Of a stretch of 64,000 bases of DNA, positions 46,677-56,849 are shown piece by piece. The position numbers and the translations under genes were made by a program. The DNA is from Candidatus Omnitrophota bacterium (GTDB taxonomy: Bacteria > Omnitrophota > Gorgyraeia > Gygaellales > Gygaellaceae): contig JAGYNB010000002.1 in the NCBI GenBank assembly GCA_018400015.1, positions 180,555-244,554 on the forward strand, read 5' to 3'. The first letter of the stretch is position 1. The number at the start of each line of letters is the position of its first letter. The notes beneath the pieces are model-generated. The model did not search any database. It saw only the letters and a list, made by a program, of their open reading frames with translations, and had not been told where the DNA came from.

Positions 46677-48521
46677 GTGAAACACCTCGAAAGACAACTA
46701 AGCCTTTTGGATGTTTTTTGCGTTGCCACCGGGGCAATGATCAGTTCCGGAATATTCATATTACCCGGACTTGCCTTTGCTAAGGCAGGGCCGGCTGTAA
46801 TCTTATCTTATATTTTGGCAGCTTTGATTTGTATTCCTACGCTTTTTTCTCAGGCTGAGCTTACCACTGCCATGCCTAAAGCAGGAGGAGATTATTTTTA
46901 TATTATGCGCGGCTTTGGTCCGTTATTAGGGACAGTTGCCGGTTTTAGTTCCTGGTTTGCCTTAAGTTTTAAAGGGGCGTTTGCGCTTTTGGGTATGGGT
47001 GCTTTTTTAAGCATGTTTAGTCCGCTGCCGTTACATATTGTTGCTTTAATTCTTTGTGTGTTTTTTGTAATTATTAACCTACTGGGGGTAAAATTCGCCG
47101 GTAAATTTCAAGTTTATCTGGTTATTTGGCTTTTGGCAATACTTGTTATTTATATTATTTTTGGCGTTCAAAGAGTAAATGTAAGTAATTTTAATCCTTT
47201 TTTTGCCAAAGGTTATGCGAGCGTATTTGCCACAGCGAGTTTTGTGTTTATTTCATACGGGGGTCTTACTAAAGTTGCTTCGCTTGCAGAAGAGGTGCAT
47301 GATCCAGGCAGGAATTTGCCTTTAGGGATGTTTTTATCTTTAGCGGTCACTACAATTATTTATGCTTTAGCAGTATTCGTTACTATCGGAATTATGAATC
47401 CTGAAATTTTAAAGTCTACATTAACTCCGATTAGCGATGCTTCAGCAATTTTAGGAGGCAGTGTTTTTAAAATATTGGTAAGCGTTGCAGCGTTTTTTGC
47501 ATTTATTTCTACGGCCAATGCTGCAATTATGTCAGCATCTCGTTATCCCCTGAGCATGAGTAGAGACAAGATCCTGCCGGAATTATTCCAGAAGGTCCAC
47601 AGAAGATTTAATACGCCTCACGTATCTATTATTCTTACGGGCGTTTTTATGATTACAGTTATTGCTTTCTTAAGGCTTGAATCTTTGGTAAAGGTGGCTT
47701 CAAGCATTTTGATCATTCTTTATATCCTGGCGAATTTTTCCGTGATTTTATTCAGAGAAAGCAGAATCCAGAGTTACAGGCCAAAGTTTATTTCACCAAT
47801 GTATCCGGTTATTCAGATAACCGGCATTTTAGCCGGATTATTTTTATTGATTGAAATGGGCAGTTTTATCATATTTTTGACGCTTATTATTTTAGGTCTT
47901 GAAATATTTTGGTACGGCGTTTATTCAAAAAAACACACATCGCGCGATTCAGCGCTGATATATTTATTGGAAAGGCTTGTGGCACAGGATAAGGGTTTGG
48001 TGTCGGATAATCTTCTTACGGAATTAAAGGATATTGTTATAAAGCGTGACGATATTATCGAAGATAAGATTCATAAAGTTATCGATAACAGTATTGTTTT
48101 GGATATAAATGATCCCTTGTTGATGGAGAGTTTTTTCGCTTTCGTGTCGCATAAGCTCAGCGTGCAATTAAACATAAATGAAAATATCTTAAATGACAAG
48201 TTTTTAGAGCGCGAGAAAGCCTCGAGTACGCTTTTGGCTCCCAGGCTGGCCATACCGCATATAATCGTTGAAGGAGAAAATATTTTTCAGCTTGTTATCG
48301 TAAGATCTGCTCCGGGAGTAATTTTTCCAGAGGATAAACTGGCCCATATGGTTTTTGTGATAGTTGCCTCAGACGATTTGCGCAATCTTCATTTAAAGAT
48401 GCTTGCGGCAATTGCTCAAATTACACAGAATAAAGATTTTGACCAGAATTGGATGTCTGCAAAAAATATTGATGAATTAAGAAATCTAGTGCTGCTAGCA
48501 GAGCGGAAAAGGAGTCATTAG
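46677..48521 (+). CDS. APC-family amino acid permease fused to a PTS EIIA(Fru/Ntr-type) domain
   Basis: GAMISSGIF, AELTTAMPKAGG and AEEVHDPGRNLP with ~12 TM helices; C-terminal EREKASSTLLAPRLAIPH and HLKMLAAIA. GTG start. Confidence 0.87.
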   Translation: MKHLERQLSLLDVFCVATGAMISSGIFILPGLAFAKAGPAVILSYILAALICIPTLFSQAELTTAMPKAGGDYFYIMRGFGPLLGTVAGFSSWFALSFKGAFALLGMGAFLSMFSPLPLHIVALILCVFFVIINLLGVKFAGKFQVYLVIWLLAILVIYIIFGVQRVNVSNFNPFFAKGYASVFATASFVFISYGGLTKVASLAEEVHDPGRNLPLGMFLSLAVTTIIYALAVFVTIGIMNPEILKSTLTPISDASAILGGSVFKILVSVAAFFAFISTANAAIMSASRYPLSMSRDKILPELFQKVHRRFNTPHVSIILTGVFMITVIAFLRLESLVKVASSILIILYILANFSVILFRESRIQSYRPKFISPMYPVIQITGILAGLFLLIEMGSFIIFLTLIILGLEIFWYGVYSKKHTSRDSALIYLLERLVAQDKGLVSDNLLTELKDIVIKRDDIIEDKIHKVIDNSIVLDINDPLLMESFFAFVSHKLSVQLNINENILNDKFLEREKASSTLLAPRLAIPHIIVEGENIFQLVIVRSAPGVIFPEDKLAHMVFVIVASDDLRNLHLKMLAAIAQITQNKDFDQNWMSAKNIDELRNLVLLAERKRSH

Positions 48522-48526
48522 TATAA

Positions 48527-50203
48527 ATGAGCATTATTGAGAATATATTAACAAGTATTCAAGTGTACCATTTGAATATTTTAGTTCTTTTGGGTCTTGC
48601 TTTATTCGGCGGAGTTTTAGGTGGCAGGATATTCCAAAAACTTAAAGTTCCCCAGGTTGTCGGTTATATTGCTATTGGTATCTTAATTGGCGAATCAGGG
48701 ATAAAAATTGTCGATGAAAAGCTTATTGCTATGCTCGAACCTTTAAACTATTTTGCTTTAGGTTTAATTGGCTTTATGGTGGGGGGGGAATTACACCGCA
48801 GTATTTTCACCAAATACGGCAGGCAGTTTATGACGATTTTGTTTTGCGAGGGGATTACGCCGTTTTTGCTGGTTACTCTTTTTGTAGGGTTTTTTGGTTC
48901 TTTTTTCTTTGATTGGCATATTGCTTGGAGTTTAGGGTTGCTTTTTGGTGCGGTTGCATCAGCCACTGACCCTGCGACCACAACAGAAGTATTAAGAGAA
49001 TATAGGACCAGAGGTCCGTTAAGTAAAACTGTTATGGGGATAGTTGCTTTAGACGATGGTTTGGCTTTGATACTTTTTGCTATAGCTTGCAGTGTTGCAG
49101 GTTCTTTAAGCGGCACGACTCACGATAGTTTATTGAAGACATTTATTCATCCGATTTACGATATTGGCGGATCAATAATTCTAGGAACTGTTCTGGGGTT
49201 TACGTTAAGCAAGATACTTAATAGATATTCGGAAAAAGAGCGTCTCTTGGCTTTTACTATTGGTATAGTTTTGCTTGTTGTGGGGCTTTCTCTTACTTTA
49301 AATGTGGAAATGCTTCTTACAGCAATGACCGTAGGGGTAATCGTAGTGAATCTAAGCCCGCAAAAAAGTAAGGATGTATTTAAACTTGTGGGTGGCTTTA
49401 CTCCGCCGATATATGTACTTTTTTTTGTTTTAATCGGAGCAAAGCTTAACCTTTCGCATTTGGGTTTATCAACAAGCGTACTGGTAGTGATTTATTTATT
49501 TGGTACGATGTTTGGTAAAGTCGTGGGTTCAAGATTCGGCGCACGCTTAGCTGGTTCACCGATCAGCGTACAAAAGTATCTGCCTTTAGCGCTTTTTAGT
49601 CAGGCGGGCGTGGCAATCGGTTTATCTATTTTGGCAGCCCAGTATTTTCCCGGAGCCATAGGTAATACTATAATCATCGTTATAACCGCAACCACGTTTA
49701 TCTTGCAACTTGTGGGTCCGTATTTTACCAAAATTGCCGTAACGAAAGCAAAAGAGGTCGGCCTTAATGTTACAGAAGAAGACCTTATTTATAATACAAA
49801 AGCAAAAGATGTTATGGATGCCAACCCTCCTTTGATTTTAAACAATATGCCATTGTCTAAGATATTAAATATATTTTCAACTGATTCCAATCTTTATTAC
49901 CCGGTTGTGGATAGCGAGAATAAGGTTTTGGGGATAATTACCGTAGATAACTTGAAGAATATTTTTATGGAGACAGACCTTAATGATTTGCTTTTGGCTG
50001 TTGATGTTATGGAGCCGGTTTTAGCGACCGTAACGATCGATTCGCCAGTTCAAAGCGTAAAAGAATCATTGAATAGATTTAATCTTGAATATATCCCAGT
50101 AACGGATAACGAAAACAAACTTATCGGTTTTATTGAAGAAAGGATGCTTGATAGAATAATATCCACCAAGCTTATGGAGCTTCAAAGAGAAGTGGATATG
50201 TAA
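48527..50203 (+). CDS. Cation:proton antiporter (CPA2-like) with C-terminal CBS pair
   Basis: PQVVGYI, ATDPATT, VALDD and QAGVAIGL; two CBS domains (YPVVD..VLGIIT, IPVTD..LIGFI). Confidence 0.87.
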   Translation: MSIIENILTSIQVYHLNILVLLGLALFGGVLGGRIFQKLKVPQVVGYIAIGILIGESGIKIVDEKLIAMLEPLNYFALGLIGFMVGGELHRSIFTKYGRQFMTILFCEGITPFLLVTLFVGFFGSFFFDWHIAWSLGLLFGAVASATDPATTTEVLREYRTRGPLSKTVMGIVALDDGLALILFAIACSVAGSLSGTTHDSLLKTFIHPIYDIGGSIILGTVLGFTLSKILNRYSEKERLLAFTIGIVLLVVGLSLTLNVEMLLTAMTVGVIVVNLSPQKSKDVFKLVGGFTPPIYVLFFVLIGAKLNLSHLGLSTSVLVVIYLFGTMFGKVVGSRFGARLAGSPISVQKYLPLALFSQAGVAIGLSILAAQYFPGAIGNTIIIVITATTFILQLVGPYFTKIAVTKAKEVGLNVTEEDLIYNTKAKDVMDANPPLILNNMPLSKILNIFSTDSNLYYPVVDSENKVLGIITVDNLKNIFMETDLNDLLLAVDVMEPVLATVTIDSPVQSVKESLNRFNLEYIPVTDNENKLIGFIEERMLDRIISTKLMELQREVDM

Positions 50204-50286
50204 GCTTAGCATGTTGAAAATAGCTTTCGGTTATGGTTATGGTACTGGCAATATATAGACATAATAAAAAATAAAAGTTTTTCTTA

Positions 50287-51375
50287 TTGTTGATGAATTT
50301 AAAATTAACCCCTTTAGCTGAAGTTCACGAAACGTTAGGCGCTAAAACCGCATCTTTTGGCGGCTGGCTTATGCCTATAGAGTATAATGGTATAATCCAG
50401 GAACATAACTGGACGAGAAAAAACGCTTCGGTTTTTGATATTTGTCATATGGGTGAGTTTGAATTTAAAGGAGATTTGAAAACATCCGGATTTGATAATG
50501 TAGTTACTGCAGATTTAGAATCAATGCCTGTAAAAACCTGCCGTTATGGGTTTTTGCTTAATGAAACTGGCAATATCTTAGACGATGCGGTTACGTATAG
50601 AAAAGGCATTGATCAATGGATGCTGGTAGTAAACGCTGCTACGACAGAAGATGATTTTAAGCATATTAAAAGTAATTTAAGATCAAGTAATTTTAGAAAT
50701 ATGTCTGATCAAACCGCAAAGCTTGATTTGCAGGGGCCGTTATCGCGCGATGTGTTGGTTAGTTTAGGCTGTAAAGGTATTGAGAATCTCGCTTATTACA
50801 CTTTTGATTACTTTGAACTATTTGAAAACAAAGTGTTAATCAGCAGAACTGGTTATACCGGAGAATTGGGTTTTGAAATCTATATTGATTCTATCCATGC
50901 GGTTGAACTTTGGAATTTGTTGTTAAAAGAAGACAGGGTGCGTCCTGCAGGTCTTGGCGCTAGAGATACCCTTAGGCTTGAGATGAGCTATCCTTTATAT
51001 GGTCAGGATATAACCGGGGAAAATAACCCGATCGAAGCAGGGTTTGGCAAATTTATCGATTTTGATAAAGAGTTTATCGGTAAAGAAAAGCTATTAAAAA
51101 AGAAAACTAATGTTGAGAAAAAATTAGTTTGCTTTGTGTGTGACTCCCGCCGTGCCCCCAGGCATAACGACAGGATATTAAAAGATAAAAAGACTATCGG
51201 TGTAGTTACCAGCGGATCATTCTCGCCAAGTCTGGGTGTGGGAATTGGCATGGGTTATGTTGAGAGTCATGAAGCGGTTGTTGATAACCAGATCATAATA
51301 AGCGATGATAAGAAAGAATTAAGTGCCAAAATAGTTAAGAGACCTTTTTATAAAAATGGATCTTTAAAAGGATGA
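50287..51375 (+). CDS. gcvT: Glycine cleavage system aminomethyltransferase T
   Basis: FGGWLMPIEY, FDICHMG, LQGP, SRTGYTGELGFE and GLGARDTLRLE. Start may be ATG 50293. Confidence 0.96.
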   Translation: MLMNLKLTPLAEVHETLGAKTASFGGWLMPIEYNGIIQEHNWTRKNASVFDICHMGEFEFKGDLKTSGFDNVVTADLESMPVKTCRYGFLLNETGNILDDAVTYRKGIDQWMLVVNAATTEDDFKHIKSNLRSSNFRNMSDQTAKLDLQGPLSRDVLVSLGCKGIENLAYYTFDYFELFENKVLISRTGYTGELGFEIYIDSIHAVELWNLLLKEDRVRPAGLGARDTLRLEMSYPLYGQDITGENNPIEAGFGKFIDFDKEFIGKEKLLKKKTNVEKKLVCFVCDSRRAPRHNDRILKDKKTIGVVTSGSFSPSLGVGIGMGYVESHEAVVDNQIIISDDKKELSAKIVKRPFYKNGSLKG

Positions 51376-51387
51376 AAGGAGTTTTTT

Positions 51388-51777
51388 ATGGATGTTAGAG
51401 AAGGTTTATTTTATACAAAAGAGCACGAATGGGTCAAGATAGACGGCAAGATTGCAACTGTCGGGATAACCGATTATGCACAGTCGGCTTTGGGGGATGT
51501 CACGTTTGTTGAACTTCCCAAGAAAGCAGATGTATTTAAGCAGGCAGATCAGATCGCTACAGTTGAATCAGTTAAGGCAGCTTCTGATATCTATGCTCCT
51601 TTAAGCGGCGCAGTAGAAGAGATTAATCCAGAGCTAGATAATGTGCCGGAATTAGTCAATCAATCATGCTATGAAAAAGGTTTTTTCTTAAAGATGCAAA
51701 TAGAAGATGAAGCGGAAATTAAGAACCTGATGGATGCTAAAAGCTATAAAGCGTACCTGGAAAGTTTAGCTAAATGA
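51388..51777 (+). CDS. gcvH: Glycine cleavage system H protein
   Basis: YTKEHEW, GITDYAQSALGD and VESVKAASD (lipoyl-Lys). Confidence 0.97.
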   Translation: MDVREGLFYTKEHEWVKIDGKIATVGITDYAQSALGDVTFVELPKKADVFKQADQIATVESVKAASDIYAPLSGAVEEINPELDNVPELVNQSCYEKGFFLKMQIEDEAEIKNLMDAKSYKAYLESLAK

Positions 51778-53105
51778 ATTTTATTCCCCATACAGACAAA
51801 GAACGCCGTGAAATGTGTAAAGCCATCGGTGTATCCAGTATAGATGAATTGTTTAAGGATATTACTCCGGATTTAAAAGCTAAATCGTTCGAGTTGCCAA
51901 ATGGTAAATCCGAGTTTGAGGTAATGCGCTTCTTTAAAGGTTTGGCTAATAAAAATAATGTCAGCCTCACGAGTTTTTTAGGGGCAGGATTTTACGATCA
52001 TTATATACCCTCAGCAGTTGAAAGTCTGTCTTCGAAGCCAGAGTTTTATACAGCCTATACGCCTTATCAGCCAGAATGTTCGCAAGGCTGGCTGCAGTCG
52101 ATATTTGAATTTCAGACTGCTATATGTGAGCTGACTTCACTTGATGTTGCCAATGCCTCGCTTTATGACGGTGGGACTGCGCTTTATGAAGCAGCGATGA
52201 TGGCCATTCGTATAACCGGCAGGAAAAAGATTATTGTCGACAGCGGTGTTAATCTTCTTTATCGCAGTATGCTTTATACATACACAACTAATTTGGAAAT
52301 TGAGTTTAAGGAAACTCCAGTCGTACACGGCCAGAGTTCGCGTAAGGATATATCCTCGGTAATAGACAAAGATACTGCAGCGATAATTTTGCAGAATCCT
52401 AATTTTTTTGGTGCTATAGATGATCATTCGGATATTGTAAAAAAAGCGCATGAATTAGGCGTTTTGGTGATTCAGTCGGTTTATCCTGTTGCTTTAGGAT
52501 TAATAAAGCCGCCCGGGGAGATGGATGTTGACATTGCAACCGGAGAAGGGCAAAGCCTGGGCTTAAATTTGAATTTTGGCGGTCCTTACCTTGGTTTTAT
52601 GGCAGCAAAAAAACAATATATGCGTAAGATGCCTGGCAGGATTGTCGGAGAAACTGTTGATAAACAAAATAAAAGAGGTTTTGTTCTCACTTTACAGACA
52701 AGAGAACAGCATATCAGGCGCGAGAAAGCAACTTCTAATATCTGTTCCAATGAAGCATTATGTGCTTTGCGTGCAGTGATCTATCTGTCTTTATTAGGCA
52801 AGCACGGTTTTAAGGAACTTGCTTTATTAAATCATAAAAAGGCAGAATTTGCCAAAGGCTTGTTTGATAAGATAAAAGGTGTTGAAGTTAAGAAAAACTC
52901 ACCTACGTTTAATGAGTTTACGCTAATGCTGCCAAAGCGTGCGGATGAGATCGTGTGTAAATTAATTGAAAAAGGGTTTATCTGCGGTTTTCCTTTGGGC
53001 AGGTTTTATAAGGGTTTGGATAATTATTTATTAGTAAGTGTTACGGAAAAGCGCTCCAAAGAGGAGATTGCAAAATTAGCCGATACCTTGGAGGCAGCGT
53101 TATGA
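51774..53105 (+). CDS. gcvPA: Glycine dehydrogenase subunit 1
   Basis: FLGAGFYDH, YTAYTPYQPE, NASLYDG, GGPYLG and LQTREQHIRREKATSNICSNEAL. Confidence 0.96.
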   Translation: MNFIPHTDKERREMCKAIGVSSIDELFKDITPDLKAKSFELPNGKSEFEVMRFFKGLANKNNVSLTSFLGAGFYDHYIPSAVESLSSKPEFYTAYTPYQPECSQGWLQSIFEFQTAICELTSLDVANASLYDGGTALYEAAMMAIRITGRKKIIVDSGVNLLYRSMLYTYTTNLEIEFKETPVVHGQSSRKDISSVIDKDTAAIILQNPNFFGAIDDHSDIVKKAHELGVLVIQSVYPVALGLIKPPGEMDVDIATGEGQSLGLNLNFGGPYLGFMAAKKQYMRKMPGRIVGETVDKQNKRGFVLTLQTREQHIRREKATSNICSNEALCALRAVIYLSLLGKHGFKELALLNHKKAEFAKGLFDKIKGVEVKKNSPTFNEFTLMLPKRADEIVCKLIEKGFICGFPLGRFYKGLDNYLLVSVTEKRSKEEIAKLADTLEAAL

Positions 53106-54550
53106 AGCTGATTTTTGAAAAAAGTATAGATAGTAGAACCGGGTTTAAACTTCCAGAGTGCGATGTGGATATAAAATTTAATTTGAGTGAGAAGTATCTT
53201 AGGAAATCTCAAGCAGAACTTCCTGAAGTTTCGGAATTGGACGTGGTCAGGCATTTTAGCGAGCTGGCCAAAAGGAATTTTTCCGTTGATAGTAATTTTT
53301 ATCCTTTGGGTTCATGTACGATGAAGTATAATCCGAAATTTACGGAAAGAGTTGCTAATTTTGAAGGTTTTACTGATTTGCACGGTCTCCTGCCGCAGGT
53401 TTTGGGTGCAAGTATGCTTTGCCAGGGTGCTTTGCAGGTTGTTTATGATGTACAGAAATTACTCTGTGAGATAACCGGAATGAAGGCTTTTACCACGCAG
53501 CCATTAGCCGGCGCGCATGGTGAATTGACCGGCGCAATGCTTATTGCTGCCTATCACAAGGATAAAAAACATAAGCGTAAATATGTGATTGTGCCTGATT
53601 CTTCACACGGTACTAATCCCGCCAGTGCAGCAATCGCAGGTTATGAGATTATTACTGTTCCTACTGATAAAACCGGCTGCATGGATTTTGAAGAGTTTAA
53701 AAGTAAACTTAATGAAAATGTTGCGGCAGTAATGCTTACATGTCCAAATACTTTAGGGATATTCAATTTCCGCATAAAAGATATTTGTGACGAGGCGCAC
53801 AAAGTCGATGCCTTGGTTTATTATGATGGAGCTAATCTTAATGCGATATTAGGTAAAGCCAGACCAGGAGATATCGGTTTTGATATCGTGCATATTAATC
53901 TGCATAAGACATTTGCTACGCCTCATGGCGGAGGAGGCCCGGGTGCAGGGCCTGTGGGCGTAAGTGAAAAGCTAGTTGGGTATTTACCTATCCCACGCGT
54001 AGTCAAGCGCAGTGATGCAACTTATGCTTTAAGTTACAACCGGTCTAAATCATTAGGTTATATGGCTGCGTTTTTTGGTAATTTTAGCGTAATACTTAAA
54101 ACCTACGCCTATATTATGATGTTGGGCAAAGATGGCCTGACAGAAGTGAGTGAAACCGCAGTTTTAAACGCAAATTACCTAAAAGAAAAGCTAAAGAAAT
54201 ATTTTCAGCTGGATTATGACAGGATCTGTATGCATGAATTCGTAATATCTGCTGTTAGTCAGTTAAAGAATAATATCCATGCAATTGATATTGCCAAATA
54301 CTTAATTGATAAAGGCATTCATCCGCCCACGGTGTATTTCCCTTTGATTGTTAAAGAGGCGATGATGGTTGAGCCCACGGAAACCGAGAGCAAACAAACC
54401 CTGGATGAGTTTATCGATGTTATGGTTGAAATTGCCGAGTTGGCTGAACATAACCCGCAAGCGTTAAAAGATGCTCCTGTTACAACCTGTGTAGGCAGGC
54501 TTGATGAAGCAAAGGCAGCAAGAGATTTGAATCTACGCTGGCAAAAATAA
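53102..54550 (+). CDS. gcvPB: Glycine dehydrogenase subunit 2
   Basis: YPLGSCTMKYNP, AGAHGE, HGTNPASA, YDGAN and HINLHKTFATPHGGGGPG (PLP-Lys). Confidence 0.96.
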   Translation: MKLIFEKSIDSRTGFKLPECDVDIKFNLSEKYLRKSQAELPEVSELDVVRHFSELAKRNFSVDSNFYPLGSCTMKYNPKFTERVANFEGFTDLHGLLPQVLGASMLCQGALQVVYDVQKLLCEITGMKAFTTQPLAGAHGELTGAMLIAAYHKDKKHKRKYVIVPDSSHGTNPASAAIAGYEIITVPTDKTGCMDFEEFKSKLNENVAAVMLTCPNTLGIFNFRIKDICDEAHKVDALVYYDGANLNAILGKARPGDIGFDIVHINLHKTFATPHGGGGPGAGPVGVSEKLVGYLPIPRVVKRSDATYALSYNRSKSLGYMAAFFGNFSVILKTYAYIMMLGKDGLTEVSETAVLNANYLKEKLKKYFQLDYDRICMHEFVISAVSQLKNNIHAIDIAKYLIDKGIHPPTVYFPLIVKEAMMVEPTETESKQTLDEFIDVMVEIAELAEHNPQALKDAPVTTCVGRLDEAKAARDLNLRWQK

Positions 54551-54552
54551 TC

Positions 54553-55410
54553 ATGAGTAGAATAGTTTTTGAAAAACCTTCCTGGCTTAAGAAAAAAATC
54601 ATTCTTAAGGACTGCGTAAGATTGAATAACCTTTTTGGGAAATTAAAACTACATACAGTTTGCCATGAGGCAATGTGCCCTAATATATCCGAGTGTTTTA
54701 AAAAAGGTGTTGCCACTTTTTTGATTATGGGTGATACCTGTACCCGCCGCTGCGGGTTTTGCAATGTGAAAAAAGGCATTCCCAGGGATTTAGACGAAGA
54801 CGAACCGCAGAGAGTCCTAGAGGCTGTAAAGGAACTGAAATTAAAGCATGTTGTTATAACAAGCGTCACAAGAGATGATTTGGAAGATAAGGGAGCGGAG
54901 CATTTTGCCAAAACAATAAAGACCATAAAAGATTTTGATAAGAATATAGCTGTTGAGGTTCTCGTGCCGGATTTTCTTGCAAAAAAAGATTTAATCAAGA
55001 TTGTTTTAGACGAAAATCCGGATATTTTTGCCCATAATGTGGAGATGGTGCCCTTACTTTATGAGGAAATCAGGCCTGATTCAGACTATAGGCTATGTTT
55101 GGAAGTCTTAAAGATAGCCAAGACAATAAAAAAAGATATTTATACAAAGTCCGGCATTATGTTGGGTTTAGGTGAAGATGATAATGAGATAATAGAAGTT
55201 TTAAAAGATTTAAGAAGCGTTGGTTGTGATTTCTTAAGCGTAGGCCAGTATTTATCCCCATCAAAAAGCCATTACCCGGTAAAAGAATTTAAAAAACCTG
55301 AAGTTTTTGATAGGATTAAGGAAAGTGCGCTTGGTATGGGATTTTTACACGTTGAGAGCGCTCCTTATGTAAGAAGTTCTTACATCGCCAGCGAATACTT
55401 AAAAAAATAA
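54553..55410 (+). CDS. lipA: Lipoyl synthase
   Basis: TVCHEAMCPNISEC, CTRRCGFC, ITSVTRDDL, GQYL and VRSSY. Confidence 0.96.
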   Translation: MSRIVFEKPSWLKKKIILKDCVRLNNLFGKLKLHTVCHEAMCPNISECFKKGVATFLIMGDTCTRRCGFCNVKKGIPRDLDEDEPQRVLEAVKELKLKHVVITSVTRDDLEDKGAEHFAKTIKTIKDFDKNIAVEVLVPDFLAKKDLIKIVLDENPDIFAHNVEMVPLLYEEIRPDSDYRLCLEVLKIAKTIKKDIYTKSGIMLGLGEDDNEIIEVLKDLRSVGCDFLSVGQYLSPSKSHYPVKEFKKPEVFDRIKESALGMGFLHVESAPYVRSSYIASEYLKK

Positions 55411-55414
55411 GTCT

Positions 55415-56143
55415 GTGAATAAAAAAATACAATTTAATAAAAGATTGCTTAGGAGCTGGTCCAGCCAGTTTGATAAGACTTTAGGAAGCATGGGGTTCCA
55501 TAAAGGCTTATTAAGGCTGATGGTGGAAGTTTCTAAAGTGCACAATGGCAGCAAGGTGCTTGATATTGGTTGTGGTACAGGTTTGTTGAGCGCCAGGTTT
55601 TTAAGTAAAAATAACTGTTTTATAACCGGAATAGATAATTCACGTGAAATGCTTTCTATATTGAATAAGAAAATAAGAAAGTTTAAAATAGCGGATAATT
55701 TAAAAGTCAAATATATGGACATAGTAAAGTTAAGGCTGAAATCGAATAGCTTTGATATTGCAGCATGTTCTATGGTACTGCATCATTTTGATAAAGATAA
55801 ATTAAAGGTTTTAAGAAAAATAAAAGACGTGTTAAAGCCAGAAGGGCTATTTATTTTAGGTGATATTGATATGGAAACGCGCGGGAGCCATACCGATATC
55901 AAAAGGCTTAAAAGAATAGTTGATGTTTTATTAAGCGAATGGGTGTGTGCTTTAAAGGATACAGGAATAGAAGGGTTTAAAAGGCAGTATGATAGCGGTA
56001 AAAGGCATATACTTAATTTGGGAGAGTATTGCGTAAGCTTTAAAGAATGGTCCCAGCTTTGTAAGAAGGCTGGATTAAAAATAGTCAAGATAATACCGGT
56101 AAAGGAAAACAAAAATTTCAAGGTATTGGTAGCTAGAAAATAA
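55415..56143 (+). CDS. Class I SAM-dependent methyltransferase
   Basis: VLDIGCGTG, GIDNSREML, FDIAACSMVLHH and LKPEG. GTG start. Confidence 0.85.
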   Translation: MNKKIQFNKRLLRSWSSQFDKTLGSMGFHKGLLRLMVEVSKVHNGSKVLDIGCGTGLLSARFLSKNNCFITGIDNSREMLSILNKKIRKFKIADNLKVKYMDIVKLRLKSNSFDIAACSMVLHHFDKDKLKVLRKIKDVLKPEGLFILGDIDMETRGSHTDIKRLKRIVDVLLSEWVCALKDTGIEGFKRQYDSGKRHILNLGEYCVSFKEWSQLCKKAGLKIVKIIPVKENKNFKVLVARK

Positions 56144-56151
56144 AAAAGTCT

Positions 56152-56529
56152 ATGAAAAACACATTTGCAACCTGTATTAACTGTATAGATGGAAGGGTGC
56201 AGCTTCCGGCAATCAATTTTATAAAAAAAAGTTTTAAAGCGGACTTTGTGGATATGGTTACTTATCCAGGAGTAGATAAGATACTTTCCGGGAAAAATAG
56301 CAAAGATATTATTTCTATTAAAAAAAAGGTAAAACTTTCGGTTAAAGTTCATAATCCTGAGGTTGTTATTATTGTCGGTCATTATGATTGCCTGGCTAAT
56401 CCTGTTACCAAAGCTGTACACATCAAACAGATTAAATCCTCAATAAAAACTATCCAGAAATGGAATCTTGACGTAAATGTAAAAGGATTATGGATAGATA
56501 GTTCATGGCAGGCGCACAGGTTAAAATAA
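56152..56529 (+). CDS. Beta-carbonic-anhydrase-like protein
   Basis: Zn-ligand motifs NCIDGRVQ (CxDxR) and GHYDC (HxxC). Confidence 0.72.
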   Translation: MKNTFATCINCIDGRVQLPAINFIKKSFKADFVDMVTYPGVDKILSGKNSKDIISIKKKVKLSVKVHNPEVVIIVGHYDCLANPVTKAVHIKQIKSSIKTIQKWNLDVNVKGLWIDSSWQAHRLK

Positions 56530-56654
56530 GAAACTGTATATATAAAGGCTTGTTTTATAAAGAATTTAGGAATATCATAGAGATGGTAGTTTTTTATTCC
56601 CTGTAGTCAGCTTTGTCAGATAGATATTCATAACACAAAAACAAGGAGGGGAAA

Positions 56655-56822
56655 ATGCAAGGTCTGTTAGGTCTTATTGTTATTGTGTTGGATGTTATTG
56701 CTATATTAGATGTAATCAAGAGCTCAAAAGATACTGCGGGAAAAGCACTCTGGATTATTTTGATTGTGATACTGCCTGTTATAGGTTTGGTGCTTTATTA
56801 TTTATTGGGTAAGAAGAAATAA
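56655..56822 (+). CDS. 55-aa two-TM membrane protein of the PLDc_N (cardiolipin synthase N-terminal) type; absent from the ORF track
   Basis: RBS AAGGAGG at 56643-56649. Translation: MQGLLGLIVIVLDVIAILDVIKSSKDTAGKALWIILIVILPVIGLVLYYLLGKKK*. Contains the K-x-x-W...LPxxG..LY..G motif. Confidence 0.85.
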   Translation: MQGLLGLIVIVLDVIAILDVIKSSKDTAGKALWIILIVILPVIGLVLYYLLGKKK

Positions 56823-56849
56823 TTCATAGCCTGGGATCGTTTTAGTTCT

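Noticed and set aside
50204-50286. Possible glycine riboswitch upstream of gcvT; short GGTTAT direct repeat
   Set aside because: The gap is only 83 nt and AT-rich, with no GGAGA...CCGAAG / CTCTCAGG aptamer elements. The repeat is too short to be meaningful.
56534-56549. CTGTATATATAAAGGC resembling an E. coli LexA box
   Set aside because: The right half-site (ACAG) is missing, and the downstream gene is not SOS-related.
56578-56630. GAGATGGTAG... resembling the start of a fluoride riboswitch
   Set aside because: No complementary stem or downstream CTRATG pseudoknot element could be found.
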